A DNA stretch of 64,000 bases from an uncultured Lentisphaerales bacterium (GTDB lineage: Bacteria; Verrucomicrobiota; Lentisphaeria; JABSQK01; UBA12247). The stretch is taken from contig CALSSJ010000010.1 in the NCBI GenBank assembly GCA_943788985.1, positions 256,001-320,000 of the forward strand, given 5' to 3'. The first letter of the stretch is position 1, and each line of letters begins with the position of its first letter. Shown one piece after another: positions 61,201 through 64,000 of the stretch. The notes under the pieces are model-generated. The model was not told where the DNA came from. It made no database searches and saw only the letters and a program-made list of their open reading frames with translations. Position numbers and translations under genes: made by a program.

Positions 61201-64000
61201 GCAGGGCGTTTCGATCACGGCGAGCGACGACCATGGGGTGGAAGACAGCGACCATGCTGAATTTACGGTATCGCTGGATACTGGCGACGTAGCCGAACAG
61301 GCGTACGTGGTGAGCTACTCGATTACTGGTTCTGCCAGCAATGGTACGGACTATGCGACCATCGCGGACACGGTGACGATTCCACAGGGTGCTTCTAGTG
61401 CGGCGATTACGATCACGGTGCTGGATGACGGTGTTGCTGATTGTAGCGAGACTGTGACGTTGACTCTGACTGGCGCAGACGACTGCCTGGTGCTGGGTGC
61501 GACCACGACTGCCGATGCCGACATCGATGATCAGGCGCAGGGCGTTTCGATCACGGCGAGCGACGACCATGGGGTGGAAGATAGCGATCACGCCGAATTT
61601 ACGGTATCGCTGGATACTGGCGACGTGGCCGAGCAGGCGTACGTGGTGAGCTACTCGATTACTGGCTCTGCCAGCAATGGCACGGACTACACCACGATCG
61701 CGGACACGGTGACGATTCCGCAGGGTGCTTCGAGTGCGTCGATTACGATCACGGTGCTGGATGACGGTGTGGCTGATTGTAGCGAGACCGTGACGCTTGA
61801 CGCTGACTGGCGCAGACGACTGCCTGGTGCTGGGTGCGACCACGACTGCCGATGCTGACATCGATGATCAGGCGCAGGGCGTTTCGATCACGGCGAGCGA
61901 CGACCATGGGGTGGAAGACAGCGACCATGCCGAGTTTACGGTATCGCTGGATACTGGCGACGTAGCCGAGCAGGCGTACGTGGTGAGCTACTCGATTACT
62001 GGTTCTGCCAGCAATGGCACGGACTACACGACGATCGCGGACACGGTGACGATTCCGCAGGGTGCTTCTAGCGCGTCGATTACGATCACGGTGCTGGATG
62101 ACGGTGTCGCTGATTGTAGCGAGACTGTGACGTTGACTCTGACTGGTGCCGACGACTGCCTGGTGCTGGGTGCGACCACGACTGCCGATGCTGACATCGA
62201 TGATCAGGCGCAGGGCGTTTCGATCACGGCGAGCGACGACCATGGGGTGGAAGACAGCGACCATGCCGAATTTACGGTATCGCTGGATACTGGCGACGTG
62301 GCCGAGCAGGCGTACGTGGTGAGCTACTCGATTACTGGTTCCGCCAGCAATGGCACGGACTACACGACGATCGCGGACACGGTGACGATTCCACAGGGTG
62401 CTTCGAGTGCTGCGATTACGATCACGGTGCTGGATGACGGTGTTGCTGATTGTAGCGAGACTGTGACGCTGACTCTGACCGGTGCAGATGACTGCCTGGT
62501 GCTGGGTGCGACTACGACTGCCGACGCTGACATCGATGATCAGGCGCAGGGTGTTTCGATCACCGCGAGCGACGACCATGGTGTCGAAGATAGCGACCAT
62601 GCTGAGTTTACCGTCTCGTTGGATACTGGCGACGTGGCCGAACAGGCGTACGTGGTGAGCTACTCGATTACTGGTTCCGCCAGCAATGGCACGGACTACA
62701 CGACGATCGCGGACACGGTGACGATTCCACAGGGTGCTTCGAGTGCCTCGATTACGATCACGGTGTTGGATGACGGGGTTGCTGATTGTAGCGAGACTGT
62801 GACGTTGACCCTGACTGGCGCAGACGACTGCCTGGTGCTGGGTGCCAACACGACGGCCGATGCCGACATCGATGATCAGGCGCAGGGCGTTTCGATCACC
62901 GCGAGCGACGACCATGGGGTGGAAGACAGCGATCACGCCGAATTTACGGTATCGCTGGATACTGGCGACGTAGCCGAGCAGGCGTACGTGGTGAGCTACT
63001 CGATTACTGGTTCAGCCAGCAATGGCACGGACTACACGACGATTGCGGACACGGTGACGATTCCGCAGGGTGCTTCTAGTGCGGCGATTACGATCACGGT
63101 GCTGGATGACGGTGTTGCTGATTGTAGCGAGACCGTGACGCTGACTCTGACTGGCGCAGACGACTGCCTGGTGCTGGGTGCGACCACGACTGCCGATGCC
63201 GACATCGATGATCAGGCGCAGGGCGTTTCGATCACAGCAAGCGACGACCATGGTGTTGAAGACAGCGACCATGCTGAGTTTACGGTATCGCTGGATACTG
63301 GCGACGTAGCCGAGCAGGCCTATGTGGTGAGCTACTCGATTACTGGTTCTGCCAGCAATGGCACGGACTACACGACGATCGCCGACACGGTGACGATTCC
63401 GCAGGGTGCCTCGAGTGCCACCATTACGATTACGGTGCTGGATGACGGTGTTGCTGATTGTAGCGAGACCGTGACGCTGACTCTGACTGGTGCGGACGAC
63501 TGCCTGGTGCTGGGTGCCAACACGACTGCCGATGCAGACATCGATGATCAGGCGCAGGGTGTTTCGATCACCGCGAGCGACGACCATGGTGTCGAAGATA
63601 GCGACCATGCCGAATTTACGGTTTCGTTGGATACTGGCGACGTAGCCGAACAGGCGTACGTGGTGAGCTACTCGATTACTGGTTCTGCCAGCAATGGCAC
63701 GGACTACACGACGATCGCCGACACGGTGACGATTCCGCAGGGTGCTTCGAGTGCCTCGATTACGATCACGGTGCTGGATGACGGTGTTGCTGATTGTAGC
63801 GAGACTGTGACGCTGACTCTGACTGGCGCAGACGACTGCCTGGTGCTGGGTGCGACCACGACTGCCGACGCTGACATCGATGATCAGGCGCAGGGTGTTT
63901 CGATCACCGCGAGCGACGACCATGGGGTGGAAGATAGCGACCATGCTGAGTTTACCGTCTCGCTGGATACTGGCGACGTGGCGGAGCAGGCGTACGTGGT
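55209..64000 (+). CDS. Large secreted Calx-beta repeat surface protein (runs off window; indels probably artefactual)
   Basis: Signal peptide MNTIHSIRTLTWMILVGVLATLNGLA, Ig-like DETPPEVTIT...FTVTFNE domain, then Calx-beta domains (GSASNGTDY...VTIP.G....ITITVLDDG...ETVTLTL). TAA 56238-56240 and five indels break the frame. Confidence 0.88.
57504..64000 (+). repeat. Tandem array of 336-bp (112-aa) Calx-beta units: 19 complete plus a partial
   Basis: QGVSI unit starts at 57504, 57840, 58176, 58512, 58848, 59185, 59521, 59858, 60195, 60531, 60866, 61202, 61538, 61875, 62211, 62547, 62883, 63219, 63555 and 63891. Confidence 0.97.

Noticed and set aside
32900..61800. Programmed frameshifting or phase variation in the giant genes
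   Set aside because: Breaks are too numerous, mostly not in slippery or homopolymer tracts, and coincide with inter-repeat polymorphic sites. Assembly error is more parsimonious.
24505..63944. Many long minus-strand ORFs (e.g. 24832-26811, 49366-51156, 60680-61861)
   Set aside because: Antisense shadows of the strongly codon-biased repetitive plus-strand genes, with no recognisable motifs or start signals.
57504..64000. Regular repeat array as a possible CRISPR or other non-coding array
   Set aside because: Units are 336 bp, in frame, protein-coding and have no unique spacers. No cas genes are present.

Overview
GC-rich bacterial chromosomal window, probably PVC superphylum/Lentisphaerota (inference from plant-type IlvC, GWNL-type C-terminal domain and tmRNA tag). 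The first ~21 kb hold housekeeping and metabolic genes: a ROK-glycosyltransferase-Zn ribbon-truA operon, tmRNA, an RND efflux trio, rpsO, tRNA-Met, a tandem OleA/KAS III-like protein, a sugar isomerase, fabI and ilvC. These are interspersed with decayed genes (IS91-family transposase, secreted-protein fragment, kdgK, ppiC, possible UbiA remnant). The remaining ~43 kb hold two giant co-oriented surface-protein genes: a ~33.6 kb (~11,000 aa) TpsA/filamentous-haemagglutinin-like gene with nested repeat arrays, and a >8.8 kb Calx-beta repeat gene with about 20 near-identical 336-bp units running off the window. Both are broken by indels that look like consensus artefacts. Best novelty candidates: the giant adhesin pair, the OleA-like active/inactive fusion, a putative ~54-nt sigma54-dependent sRNA, and an RND adaptor with a symmetrically lengthened hairpin.
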